From Vicinamibacteria bacterium (GTDB taxonomy: Bacteria; Acidobacteriota; Vicinamibacteria; Marinacidobacterales; Marinacidobacteraceae): 64,000 nucleotides of DNA. Every line of letters begins with the position of its first letter. The stretch's first letter is position 1. Below the pieces are notes generated by a model. The model was not told where the DNA came from and searched no databases. It was given only the letters and a program-made list of their open reading frames with translations. A program made the position numbers and the translations under genes. The DNA lies in NCBI GenBank assembly GCA_965199715.1, contig OZ241322.1, positions 160,001-224,000 of the forward strand, written 5' to 3'. Shown piece after piece: positions 52,150-61,282 of this stretch.

Positions 52150-53051
52150 CGGCGGACGATCCGGTCGCTCGCTACCTCGCCTGGCTGGAGGCGGAGCGGG
52201 GGCTCGCCGCCAACACGATCGCGGCGTACCGGCGCGATCTCGCGGCGCTCGCCGAATACGCCGGGGGGCGGGACCTCGCCGGGCTCGACCCGCGCGACGT
52301 GGACGCCTTCGTCACCGGGCTGCGGCGGCGGAGCCTTTCGTTCCGCTCGATCCAGCGGGTCATGGCGGCGGTGCGCGGCTTCTACCGGTTTCTCGTCGCG
52401 GAAGGCGAGATCGCGAAGAACCCGGCGGAGAAGCTCGTGCGCATCCGGGCGGTGCGGCCGCTGCCCCGGCTGCTCGGGGCCGCCGAGGTCGAAAGCCTGC
52501 TCGCGGCGCCCGACGGCTCGCCCAGAGGCCTGCGCAACGGGGCGATGCTGGAGACGCTGTACGCGACCGGGATCCGCATCTCGGAGCTGCTGCGGATCCG
52601 CATCGCCGACGTGGTCGCCCGAAGCACCGACATGCCGGCCTACGTCACGGTCGTGGGGAAGGGGGACCGAGAGCGCATCGTCCCGGTGGGGGAGGTCGCC
52701 GAGGACCGGATCGCGACGTGGCTCGCCGACGGCCGTCCGGCGCTGATGGGCGACCGGCCCGAGACCGGATGGCTCTTCACGGGACGGGCCGGGCGCCCGC
52801 TCACCCGCCAGGCGTTCTGGCGCATCCTTCGGGAACTCGGCGCCGGGGCCGGGATCGCGCGTCCGCTCTCGCCGCACATGCTGCGGCACTCGTTCGCGAC
52901 GCACCTGCTCGAGCGCGGCGCCGACCTGCGCAGCTTGCAGCAGCTTCTCGGGCACGCCTCGATCAGCACCACCCAGATCTACACCCACGTGAGCGAGGAG
53001 CGCTTGCGCCTGGTGTACGACGAGCACCACCCCAGGGCCCGAAGAAAGTGA
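52146..53051 (+). CDS. xerD: Tyrosine recombinase XerD
   Basis: ERGLAANTIAAYRRDL, RNGAMLETLYATGIRISEL, GKGDRER, LTRQAFW and SPHMLRHSFATHLL...LLGH...TTQIYTHV. Confidence 0.88.
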   Translation: MTADDPVARYLAWLEAERGLAANTIAAYRRDLAALAEYAGGRDLAGLDPRDVDAFVTGLRRRSLSFRSIQRVMAAVRGFYRFLVAEGEIAKNPAEKLVRIRAVRPLPRLLGAAEVESLLAAPDGSPRGLRNGAMLETLYATGIRISELLRIRIADVVARSTDMPAYVTVVGKGDRERIVPVGEVAEDRIATWLADGRPALMGDRPETGWLFTGRAGRPLTRQAFWRILRELGAGAGIARPLSPHMLRHSFATHLLERGADLRSLQQLLGHASISTTQIYTHVSEERLRLVYDEHHPRARRK

Positions 53052-53578
53052 CTCCGGCCGAGATCGCGGCCCTGCTTCGCCGGGGCGGGATCGCGATCTA
53101 CCCCACCGAGACCTTCTACGCGCTCGGGGCCGACCCGCGCTCGCCCGAGGGCGTCGCCGCCGTCTTCCGGGCGAAGGGCCGCCCGCCCGACCGGGCGCTT
53201 CCGTGGATCGCGGCGGACCGGGAGCAGGTCGCTTCGGTCGCGGTGCTGACCCCCGTCGCCGAGAAGCTCGCGCGGCGGTGGCCCGGGCCGCTCACGTTGG
53301 TGCTCGACCGTCGCGACGGCGCGGGCACGGTCGCGATCCGGGTGAGCGCCCATCCCCTCGCCCGCGCCGTCGCGCGCGAGCTCGGCCATCCGGTGATCTC
53401 GACCAGCGCGAACCGCAGCGGCGCGCCCCCCGCCGTCACCGCCGCCGCCGCGGCGCTTCCCGGAGTGCCGGCGCTCGACGGAGGGACGACCCCCGGCGGC
53501 GCGCCGTCGGCGATCGTGGACGCGACCGGGCCGGTCCCGGTGGCGCTGCGCGGACGGATTCCCGACTCAGGCGGGTAG
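53048..53578 (+). CDS. tsaC: L-threonylcarbamoyladenylate synthase (TsaC/Sua5/YrdC family)
   Basis: YPTETFYALG, KGRP, WPGPLTL, STSANRSG and PSAIVD motifs. Confidence 0.85.
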   Translation: MTPAEIAALLRRGGIAIYPTETFYALGADPRSPEGVAAVFRAKGRPPDRALPWIAADREQVASVAVLTPVAEKLARRWPGPLTLVLDRRDGAGTVAIRVSAHPLARAVARELGHPVISTSANRSGAPPAVTAAAAALPGVPALDGGTTPGGAPSAIVDATGPVPVALRGRIPDSGG

Positions 53579-56032
53579 CTGGTCGGGCGGCGGCGCTTCG
53601 GGAACCGGCGGCGGCAGCCGCAGATCCGGGAAGATCACGTCGAGCGCCTCCTCCAGCGTCGAGACGAAGTGGATCCGCAGCGCTTCCCGGATCTCGTCGG
53701 GCATGTCCTCGATCACGCTCGGCTCGTTCAGCCGGGGGAGGATGACCTCCCGGATGCCGTAGCGGTGGGCGGCGAGGAGCTTCTCCTTGATCCCCCCGAC
53801 CGGGAGCACGTGGCCGGTGAGGGTGATCTCGCCGGTCATGGCGAGGTCGGAGGGGCACACGGTTGCGGTCAGCGTCGAGATGAGCGCCGCCGTCAGCGTG
53901 ATGCCCGCGGACGGGCCGTCCTTGCGGGTCGCCCCCTCGGGGACGTGGAAGTGGAAGTCGGTCCGCCGGTGGAAGTCGCTCGGGATGCCGTAGGACTCGG
54001 CGTTGCGCCGCACCCAACTGAACGCGGTCGTGGCCGACTCCTTCATCACGTCGCCGAGCTTCCCGGTCAGGGTGAGGCGGTTGTTGCCGCGCATCTGCGA
54101 GGCCTCGGCGAAGAGGATGTCCCCGCCGACGGGAGTCCAGGCGAGCCCGATCGCGACGCCCGGCACACTGACGCGCTCGGCGAGCTCGCGCGAGAGCGAG
54201 GACGGGGCCCCGAGGAGCTCGCGGACCGCCTCGGGCGTGAGCGCGAGCGGCTGCTCCTCGCCCTCGGCCAGCTTGCGGACCGCCTTGCGGCAGATCTTGG
54301 CGATGGCGCGTTCGAGGTTGCGGAGGCCGGCTTCCCGGGTGTAGTCGCGGATGATGAACGCGAGGGAGTCCCGGTCGAACACGGGGGCCACCTTCTCGTC
54401 CTCGACGCCGTGGTTCTCGAGCTGCTTCGGGAGGATGTGCCGGATCGCGATCTGGACCTTCTCCTCCTCGGTGTACCCCTCGAGCCGCAGGATCTCCATG
54501 CGGTCCTTGAGCGCCGCCGGGATCGGGTCGGACATGTTGGCGGTCCCGATGAACAGCACTTCCGACAGGTCGAACGGCAGGTCGAGGTAGTGGTCGCGGA
54601 AGGAGTCGTTCTGCTCGGGGTCGAGCACCTCCAGCAGCGCCGAGCTCGGGTCGCCCCGGAAGTCCATGCCGAGCTTGTCCACCTCGTCCAGCATGAAGAC
54701 CGGGTTCCTCGAACCCACCCGGGCGAGGCTCTGGAGGATCTGCCCGGGGAGCGCGCCGATGTAGGTGCGCCGGTGGCCCCGGATCTCGGCCTCGTCGCGG
54801 ATGCCGCCGAGGCTGAGCCGGACGAACTTGCGCCCGACCGCCTTGGCGATCGACTTGCCGAGACTGGTCTTGCCGACGCCGGGAGGCCCGACAAAGCACA
54901 GGATCGGGCCCTTCTGGTCGGGCTTGCGCTCGCGCACCGCGAGGAACTCGAGGATCCGGTCCTTGATCTTCTCGAGGTCGTAGTGATCCGCCTCGAGGAT
55001 TTCGCGGGCGCGGGGGACGTCGTACTTGTCCTCGGTGCGCTCCTTCCACGGCATCCGGACGAGCCAGTCGAGGTAGGTGCGCCCGACGGTGTACTCGGCG
55101 GAAGCGGGCGGGATGCGGCCCAGCCGGCGGAACTCCCGAAGCGCCTCCTTCTCGGCCTCTTCGGGCATCCCCGCCTTGGTGATCTTCTCGCGGAGCTCGT
55201 CCAGTTCCTTCGTGGAGTCGTCGCCCTCGCCGAGCTCCTTCTGGATCGCCTTCAACTGCTCGCGCAGGAAGAACTCGCGCTGGGTGCGCCCGACCTCGGT
55301 CTTGACCTTGGACTCGATGCTGCGGCCCAGCTCGCGCACCTGCTTCTCGCGCAGGATGGCGGCGTAGGCGAGGTCGAGCCGCTCCTTGATGGCGAGCGTC
55401 TCGAGGACTTCCTGGCGCTTTTCGGTCCCGAGGCTGGGAAGCTGCTCGGCCACGAAGTCGGCGAGCTGGCCCGCGGCCCCGATCCGGGCCAACTGGCGCT
55501 TCATCACGTCGCCGGGGCGGGTGAAGAGCTCGCTCTTGATCATCTCCTGCAGCTCGGAACGGATCTGGCGCGTGAGCGCCTCGAACTCGACCGTCTGCTC
55601 GGCGCCGGCGGCGCCGTCCAGCTCGCGGATGTCGGCGCGGACGTAGGGCTCGACCTGGACGATCCGCTCCACCCGGAAGCGGAAGCTGCCCCGGATGACG
55701 ATCCGGATGGTGCCGTCGCGCATCCGCATCTGCTTCTCGAGGCGGGCGGCGGTCCCGACGCCGTAGAGGTCGTCCTTGCCGGGGTCGTCGACGGCGGCGT
55801 CGCGCTGGGTGAGCACGGCCAGCATCACCTGCGAGCCGGCGCGGTTCGGGGCGTCGGCCTCCTGGGTGGCGTCGGCGAGAAGCTGCTTGGTGCTCTTGCG
55901 GCCTACCGACAGCGGCAGGAACGAATGGGGGAAGACGACGATGTCCCGCAGCGGGAGCACTGGGACGCCGCGGAAGAGCCGGCCCTCGACGTCGGGATCG
56001 ACGAGTCGGGGAGGTTGGGGAGAGTCAGTCAT
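53567..56032 (-). CDS. lon: ATP-dependent Lon protease
   Basis: LPLRDIVVFP N-domain, GPPGVGKTS, RGHRRTYIGA, LDEVDK, KDGPSAG (catalytic Ser) and GGIKEK (catalytic Lys). Confidence 0.96.
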   Translation of the reverse strand: MTDSPQPPRLVDPDVEGRLFRGVPVLPLRDIVVFPHSFLPLSVGRKSTKQLLADATQEADAPNRAGSQVMLAVLTQRDAAVDDPGKDDLYGVGTAARLEKQMRMRDGTIRIVIRGSFRFRVERIVQVEPYVRADIRELDGAAGAEQTVEFEALTRQIRSELQEMIKSELFTRPGDVMKRQLARIGAAGQLADFVAEQLPSLGTEKRQEVLETLAIKERLDLAYAAILREKQVRELGRSIESKVKTEVGRTQREFFLREQLKAIQKELGEGDDSTKELDELREKITKAGMPEEAEKEALREFRRLGRIPPASAEYTVGRTYLDWLVRMPWKERTEDKYDVPRAREILEADHYDLEKIKDRILEFLAVRERKPDQKGPILCFVGPPGVGKTSLGKSIAKAVGRKFVRLSLGGIRDEAEIRGHRRTYIGALPGQILQSLARVGSRNPVFMLDEVDKLGMDFRGDPSSALLEVLDPEQNDSFRDHYLDLPFDLSEVLFIGTANMSDPIPAALKDRMEILRLEGYTEEEKVQIAIRHILPKQLENHGVEDEKVAPVFDRDSLAFIIRDYTREAGLRNLERAIAKICRKAVRKLAEGEEQPLALTPEAVRELLGAPSSLSRELAERVSVPGVAIGLAWTPVGGDILFAEASQMRGNNRLTLTGKLGDVMKESATTAFSWVRRNAESYGIPSDFHRRTDFHFHVPEGATRKDGPSAGITLTAALISTLTATVCPSDLAMTGEITLTGHVLPVGGIKEKLLAAHRYGIREVILPRLNEPSVIEDMPDEIREALRIHFVSTLEEALDVIFPDLRLPPPVPEAPPPDQLPA

Positions 56033-56108
56033 GGGACAGGGGGAAGACCATCGATCAGCACTCTAGCACCGGAAAACGGGGCGCCGGGAGAACCTGAGCC
56101 GGGCCGAC

Positions 56109-56561
56109 TCAACCGAAGCTGACCTCGTCCGGGAGCTCGTTCACGTCGTCCGCCTGGATCGGGAAATGCTCGGCCAGGAATTCGCCAATCCGGCGCACGC
56201 CGTACTCGAGACCCTTGCCCACTCCCGACTCGTGGATCTCGTCGGTGATGCCCTTCGCGATCTCGTTCCACGCGCCGGCGCCGATCTTCTCGTCCACGAT
56301 CGGGTCGGCCACGATCTCGAACCGCCGGGAGCGCACCGCTAGGAACAGCAGCACGCCGGCGCCGTCCTCGGTGTGCTGCATGCCGAGAGCGTCGAAGTCG
56401 CGCAGCGCGCGCTTGCGGGCGTTCTCGAAGGGCAGGAGCCGGCGGATCACGTGGACCCGCAGCTCGCGCGACGTGGCCCTTTCGGCTTCGCCGATCGCGG
56501 CCGCGATCCGGTCCAGGTCGCCCTCGGAGAGATCGCGCCGTAGCGACCGGGGAACGCGCAT
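56109..56561 (-). CDS. TPM domain protein (short type)
   Basis: IAAAIGEAERATSRELRVH, GVLLFLA...RRFEIVAD and NELPDEV. Confidence 0.8.
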   Translation of the reverse strand: MRVPRSLRRDLSEGDLDRIAAAIGEAERATSRELRVHVIRRLLPFENARKRALRDFDALGMQHTEDGAGVLLFLAVRSRRFEIVADPIVDEKIGAGAWNEIAKGITDEIHESGVGKGLEYGVRRIGEFLAEHFPIQADDVNELPDEVSFG

Positions 56562-57415
56562 CACCAGCTCCCGCTCGCGCCGCCGCCGCCGAAGCCGCCG
56601 CCCCCGCCGCCGAATCCGCCGCCGAAGCCGCTCCCGAATCCGCTGCGGCCCATCATCACCGGCCCGCCGTAGCCCCACGAGGATCCGGTCCGGGACGCGG
56701 CCGCGCGGGTCATTCCGGTCGCGGCGAGCCCGGCGAGGAAGCCCACCGGCACGAAGAAGAGCAGCGCGAGCGGTCCGGCGAGGAGGAGGCCGAGGAGCAG
56801 CGCCGCCCCGCCGCCCGCGGCTCCGGCCACCCACGGGCGGGCCGCGTTGCCGATCCAGCCGAGCACCTGCGCCCCGACCAGCAGGAGGAGCATCCAAAGC
56901 CCGCCGACGCCGCGCCGGCGGCGCTCGGGGCGGGGCGCGGGAGCTTCGAACTCGCCGATGGCGGTCGCGGCGATCCGCAGCGCGGTCCGCTCGAAGCCGA
57001 GCGCGTACTCCCCGGCCTGGAACGCGGGGGAGAGCTCGTCGCGCAGGATCCGTCCAGCGACTCCGTCGGGGAGCATGGGCTCGAGGCCGTAGCCGACCTC
57101 GAGCCGACTCCGCCGATCCTCGATCGAGACCACGACGAGCGCGCCATTGTCGGTCTCGGCCCGGCCGATCCCCCACGCCTCGGCGACCCGGATCGAGAAG
57201 TCCTCGATCGGGGTCTCGAGCCGCGGGACGGTCAGCACCGCGATCTGGACCGAGGTCTCGGCCTCGATCCGCGCCAGCGCCGAGTCCAGCCGCGCCGTCT
57301 CCTCGGGAGTCAGGATTCCAGCCTGATCGACGACCCGCCCGGTGAGCGGCGGAACCTCCTGCGCGAACGCGCCGCCGACTACGAGCAGCGCGACGAGCGC
57401 CGCGCGGAGGCGCAT
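56561..57415 (-). CDS. TPM domain membrane protein (YgcG-like) with Gly-rich tail
   Basis: VVDQAGIL, WGIG...DNG, RLEVGYGLE..LPD and C-terminal GGGGFGGGGASGSW. Confidence 0.88.
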   Translation of the reverse strand: MRLRAALVALLVVGGAFAQEVPPLTGRVVDQAGILTPEETARLDSALARIEAETSVQIAVLTVPRLETPIEDFSIRVAEAWGIGRAETDNGALVVVSIEDRRSRLEVGYGLEPMLPDGVAGRILRDELSPAFQAGEYALGFERTALRIAATAIGEFEAPAPRPERRRRGVGGLWMLLLLVGAQVLGWIGNAARPWVAGAAGGGAALLLGLLLAGPLALLFFVPVGFLAGLAATGMTRAAASRTGSSWGYGGPVMMGRSGFGSGFGGGFGGGGGGFGGGGASGSW

Positions 57416-57416
57416 G

Positions 57417-58043
57417 TCAGGCGGACGGGTCGCTGAAGTCCACGGTCGGAGCGGTCTCCGCCCCTTCGTCCGCCTCGAAGTAGGCGGCCTCGCCGAAGTC
57501 GTAGAAGCCCGCCACGATGCGGGTGAAGAAGCCGCGTCGCAGCACGTTGTACGCCTGCGCCGCTTCGTTGAATCGGCGCCGCTCGACAGCGATCCGGTTC
57601 TCGGTGCCGGCGAGCTCGTCCTGGAGGCTCAGGAAGTTCTGGTTCGCCTGGATCGTGGGATACCGCTCCACGGTGACCATGAGCCGGGAGAGCGCCCCCG
57701 AGAGCGCGCCCTGCGCGGCCTGGAAGCGGGCGAGCGCCTGCGGGTCGCCGAGGTCGTCCGCCGAGACCTGGATTCCGGTGGCGCGGGAGCGGGCGTCGAT
57801 GACCGCCTCGAGGGTCTCCCGCTCGAAGTCGGCGGCCCCCTCGACGGTGGCGACGAGGTTGGGTACGAGGTCGGAGCGCCGCTGATAGACGTTTTCGACC
57901 TGCGACCACCCGGCCTTGACCCCCTCGTCGGCGACGACGAGGCCGTTGTAGGTCGAGGTGAAGGCGAAGAACAGGACGAGGCCGAAGACGGCGGCGGCCG
58001 CGAGCGCGGCGCCGCAGCCGACGAGGATGAGTTTGCGCTTCAT
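57417..58043 (-). CDS. lemA: LemA family protein
   Basis: WSQVENVYQRRSDLVPNLV, ERYP..ANQNF..LQDEL.GTENRIAVER. Confidence 0.93.
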   Translation of the reverse strand: MKRKLILVGCGAALAAAAVFGLVLFFAFTSTYNGLVVADEGVKAGWSQVENVYQRRSDLVPNLVATVEGAADFERETLEAVIDARSRATGIQVSADDLGDPQALARFQAAQGALSGALSRLMVTVERYPTIQANQNFLSLQDELAGTENRIAVERRRFNEAAQAYNVLRRGFFTRIVAGFYDFGEAAYFEADEGAETAPTVDFSDPSA

Positions 58044-58044
58044 G

Positions 58045-60303
58045 TCAGTGGTCGTTGTTTCCGGTGGGTTCGGTTCCGGGGAGGAACGCCTCCACGATCG
58101 TGTTCGGGCCGTCGGCGGCCGGGCGGCCGGTGTCGAAGTCCACCCGCACCAGGGGGAGTCCCGGCGGGGCGCGGAAAGCCTCCCACTGGACTGCGCCGGT
58201 TTCGGCCTCGGTCATGAATTGACGCCAGGCCGGAAGCGCCACCGAGGCGCCGCTCTGCGAGCGCCCGAGCGTCTCGTTCTGGTCGTTGCCCACCCAGACG
58301 CCGGCGGCGACACGGGTGTCGAAGCCGATGAACCAGGCGTCGGTGAAGTCGTTCGTGGTGCCGGTCTTGCCGGCGATGGGGCGGCCCACCGAGCGGGCGG
58401 AACGGGCGGTCCCCCGCGCCACCACGCCCTGGAGCAGGTGGGTGACCACGTAGGCCACGTCGGGGCTGACGACCGAAGCCGTCTCCGGGTGGAAGCGCTC
58501 CAGCTCGCGCCCGTCCCGGTCGGTGACCCGGGTGATGAAGTGCGGCTCCATGCGCACGCCCTGGTTCGGGAAGGTGCTGTAGGCGGAGACCATCTCCAGC
58601 AGCGTGACGTCGGCGGACCCGAGCGTGATCGACAGCACCGGGAGCATGTCGCTCTGGACGCCGAGCCGCCGGGCGAAGTTCACGACGTTCTCGGGGCCGA
58701 GGTCGTGCACCATGCGCACCGCGGGGATGTTGCGCGAGCCCTCGAACGCCTGGCGCAGCGTGATCCAGCCGCGGTGCTCCTCGTCGTAGTTGTTCGGCTC
58801 GTAGGGGATTCCGGTGATCGGGTCGGTCCACGAGAACGGCGCGTCCAGCAGCAGCGAGGTCGGCGCGAAGCGGCCCGACTCGAGCGCGGCCCCATAGGCG
58901 AAGGGCTTGAACGAGGAGCCGGCCTGCCGCCGGGCCTGGGTGACCCGGTTGAACTCGCTCTCGTCGAAGTCGAAGCCGCCGACCATGGCCCGCATCGCGC
59001 CGGTCTGGACGTCGAGCGCGACGAAGGCCCCTTCGGTGCGGGGCCGCTGCTCCAGCCCGACCACGAGTTCGTTCCCGTCGTCGGACAGGACGCGGAAGCG
59101 CCCCACGTCGCCGCGCCGGAAGAGCCGGTCGGCGGTCCGGCGCGTCCACGCGAGCGAATCGGGGTCCACGCGGGCGGTCCTCGGGCCGATCCGGATCCGG
59201 GGGTCGCCGCCGGCCTCGACCACGATTCCGCCAAGGATCTCGCCGATCTCGGGCTCGCCGCTCCACGAGGAGTCGCGGTACTCGTCGAAGTCGGTCCCGT
59301 CGTCGGCGAGGTTCCGCTCGAACCCGCGGAACCCGCGGCGCTTGTCGTGCGCCCGCAGCGCCGAGTCCACGCTGCGGTTCGCGACTTCCTGCATGGGGGA
59401 GTCGAGCGTGGTGTGCACCCGGAGCCCGCCCTCGTAGGTCTGCTGGCTACCGTACTGGCTCGCGAGGTGGCGGCGGACCATCTCGAGGAAGTGCGGCGCG
59501 AGCGGGTTCGTGTCGCGGGGGCGGAGCCGGACCGGCTCGACCCGGGCCGCCGCGGCCTCGTCGTCCGTGATGTGGCCCTCGGCGAGCATCCGGGTCACCA
59601 CGATGTCGCGGCGGGCGACCGCGGCCTCGATGCTTCGGTAGGGGGAGAAGCGCGAGGGGTTCGGGGCGAGGCCGACCAGCATCGCCGCCTCGCCGATGGT
59701 GAGATCGGGAGTCGTCTTGTCGAAGTAGTAGTCCGCCGCCGCCGCGACGCCGTGGTTGCCGTGCCCGAGGAAGACCTGGTTCGCGTAGAAGGTGAGGATC
59801 TCCTCCTTGCGGTAGGCGCGCTCGATCCGGATGGCGGTGAGCGCCTCCTTGATCTTGCGCTCGAGCGTCTCGTCCCGGTTCAGGAACAACTGGCGGGCGA
59901 CCTGCTGGGTGATCGTGCTGGCGCCGGACACGATGCGCCGGGCGCGGGCGTTGTCCCACGCGGCGCGGGCGATGCCGGCCACGTCGAACCCGAAGTGGGT
60001 CCAGAAGCGCTGGTCCTCCGCCGCGACGAAGGCGTCCCGCAGATGCTGGGGCAGGGTGTCGAACTCCACCTCGATCCGCCGCTCGACCGCGAACTGGCCG
60101 ATCTCGACCCCGTGGCGGTCGTAGATGATGCTGGTGGCGCTGGACTCGTGGGCCTCGAGCTGCTCGATGAGCGGGATGTCGCTCTGGTAGGCGAACAGCA
60201 GCCCGACGACGGCGCCGGCGATCCCCGCTCCGAGGAACAGGAAGGCGACGATGATGCGCCCGGCCGCCTGTCGGCGCCGGAGCGCGGCGGTCCTCCGTTT
60301 CAC
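58045..60303 (-). CDS. mrcA: Class A penicillin-binding protein 1A
   Basis: Glycosyltransferase motifs AEDQRF..H, GASTITQQ, RKIKE; transpeptidase motifs SSFK, SRN, KTGT. The GTG start overlaps the upstream stop. Confidence 0.88.
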   Translation of the reverse strand: MKRRTAALRRRQAAGRIIVAFLFLGAGIAGAVVGLLFAYQSDIPLIEQLEAHESSATSIIYDRHGVEIGQFAVERRIEVEFDTLPQHLRDAFVAAEDQRFWTHFGFDVAGIARAAWDNARARRIVSGASTITQQVARQLFLNRDETLERKIKEALTAIRIERAYRKEEILTFYANQVFLGHGNHGVAAAADYYFDKTTPDLTIGEAAMLVGLAPNPSRFSPYRSIEAAVARRDIVVTRMLAEGHITDDEAAAARVEPVRLRPRDTNPLAPHFLEMVRRHLASQYGSQQTYEGGLRVHTTLDSPMQEVANRSVDSALRAHDKRRGFRGFERNLADDGTDFDEYRDSSWSGEPEIGEILGGIVVEAGGDPRIRIGPRTARVDPDSLAWTRRTADRLFRRGDVGRFRVLSDDGNELVVGLEQRPRTEGAFVALDVQTGAMRAMVGGFDFDESEFNRVTQARRQAGSSFKPFAYGAALESGRFAPTSLLLDAPFSWTDPITGIPYEPNNYDEEHRGWITLRQAFEGSRNIPAVRMVHDLGPENVVNFARRLGVQSDMLPVLSITLGSADVTLLEMVSAYSTFPNQGVRMEPHFITRVTDRDGRELERFHPETASVVSPDVAYVVTHLLQGVVARGTARSARSVGRPIAGKTGTTNDFTDAWFIGFDTRVAAGVWVGNDQNETLGRSQSGASVALPAWRQFMTEAETGAVQWEAFRAPPGLPLVRVDFDTGRPAADGPNTIVEAFLPGTEPTGNNDH

Positions 60304-61211
60304 CGCAGCAGTTGCGTGAGCGCGGGTTCCAGATCCGGGTGGGCGAACCGGAAGCCGTGGCGGAGCAAATTGCGCGGGATCACCCGGGCGCCGTTCAGGA
60401 GCAGCGCCTCGGCCATCTCGCCGAACATGAGCTTCATCGCGAAGCCGGGAGCAGGGAGGAACGCGGGCCGCCCGAGCGCGCGGCCCAGCGCGCGGGTGAA
60501 GTCGGCGTTCGTCGCTGGATTCGGCGCGGTCAGGTTGTACGTCGGCTCCAGCGCGGCGGCGTCCATGCCGATGAAGTGGCGGATCGCGCCGATGATGTCG
60601 TCGAGGTGGATCCATGGCATCCACTGTCGGCCCGAGCCGAGCGGGCCGCCGAGGCCGAGGCGGAACGGCGGCAGCATCGAGGCGAGCGCGCCGCCGTCCG
60701 GCGAGAGCGCTATCCCGATGCGGATCGCCGTTCCCGGCACGCTCGAGGCGCGGATCTCGTCCTCCCACGCGGCGCAGACCTCGGGGAGGAAGCCCTCGCC
60801 GGGCGCCGAGTCCTCGTCGATCTCCTCGTCCCCGCGCGATCCGTAGAAGCCGATGGCCGAAGCGGCGATGAGGCGCTTCGGCGGCTTCCTGCAACGGGCG
60901 ATCGCCTGGACCAGGGCGCGCGTCCCTTCGATCCGGCTCGCGCGGATGGCCCGCTTGCGCGTGGCGGACCAGCGGCGGCCCACCGGCTCGCCGGCGAGGT
61001 GGACGACGGCGTCGAGGCCCTCGAGCGCCGCCGCGATCCGCGCCGGTTCGTCCGGGCGCCATGTCTTGGGGATGACCCGCGGCTGGTGCGCGGCGCTCCC
61101 CGAACGGCTGAACGCGACCACGTCGTGGCCGTAGTTCGTGAGCGTCCGGGTGAGCGCCCGCCCGATCAGGCCGGTCGCGCCCGTGACGCCGACCGTGAGC
61201 GTCGGGGGCAT
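60300..61211 (-). CDS. TIGR01777/YfcH-like NAD-dependent epimerase family protein
   Basis: VTGATGLIG, VVHLAGE, SAIGFYG, GGPLGSGRQWMPWIH and GFRFAHP. Confidence 0.88.
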   Translation of the reverse strand: MPPTLTVGVTGATGLIGRALTRTLTNYGHDVVAFSRSGSAAHQPRVIPKTWRPDEPARIAAALEGLDAVVHLAGEPVGRRWSATRKRAIRASRIEGTRALVQAIARCRKPPKRLIAASAIGFYGSRGDEEIDEDSAPGEGFLPEVCAAWEDEIRASSVPGTAIRIGIALSPDGGALASMLPPFRLGLGGPLGSGRQWMPWIHLDDIIGAIRHFIGMDAAALEPTYNLTAPNPATNADFTRALGRALGRPAFLPAPGFAMKLMFGEMAEALLLNGARVIPRNLLRHGFRFAHPDLEPALTQLLR

Positions 61212-61282
61212 CGGTCTAGCGTAGCAGCGCAGTTGCGGCGGATCGGGCCGTCCGTGAGAATTCAGGCACCGGGAGGTTCCCC

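Noticed and set aside
52146-53051. Tyrosine recombinase as the integrase of a mobile element
   Set aside because: Motifs and the murJ-xerD-tsaC context fit housekeeping XerD; no att sites or cargo genes seen.
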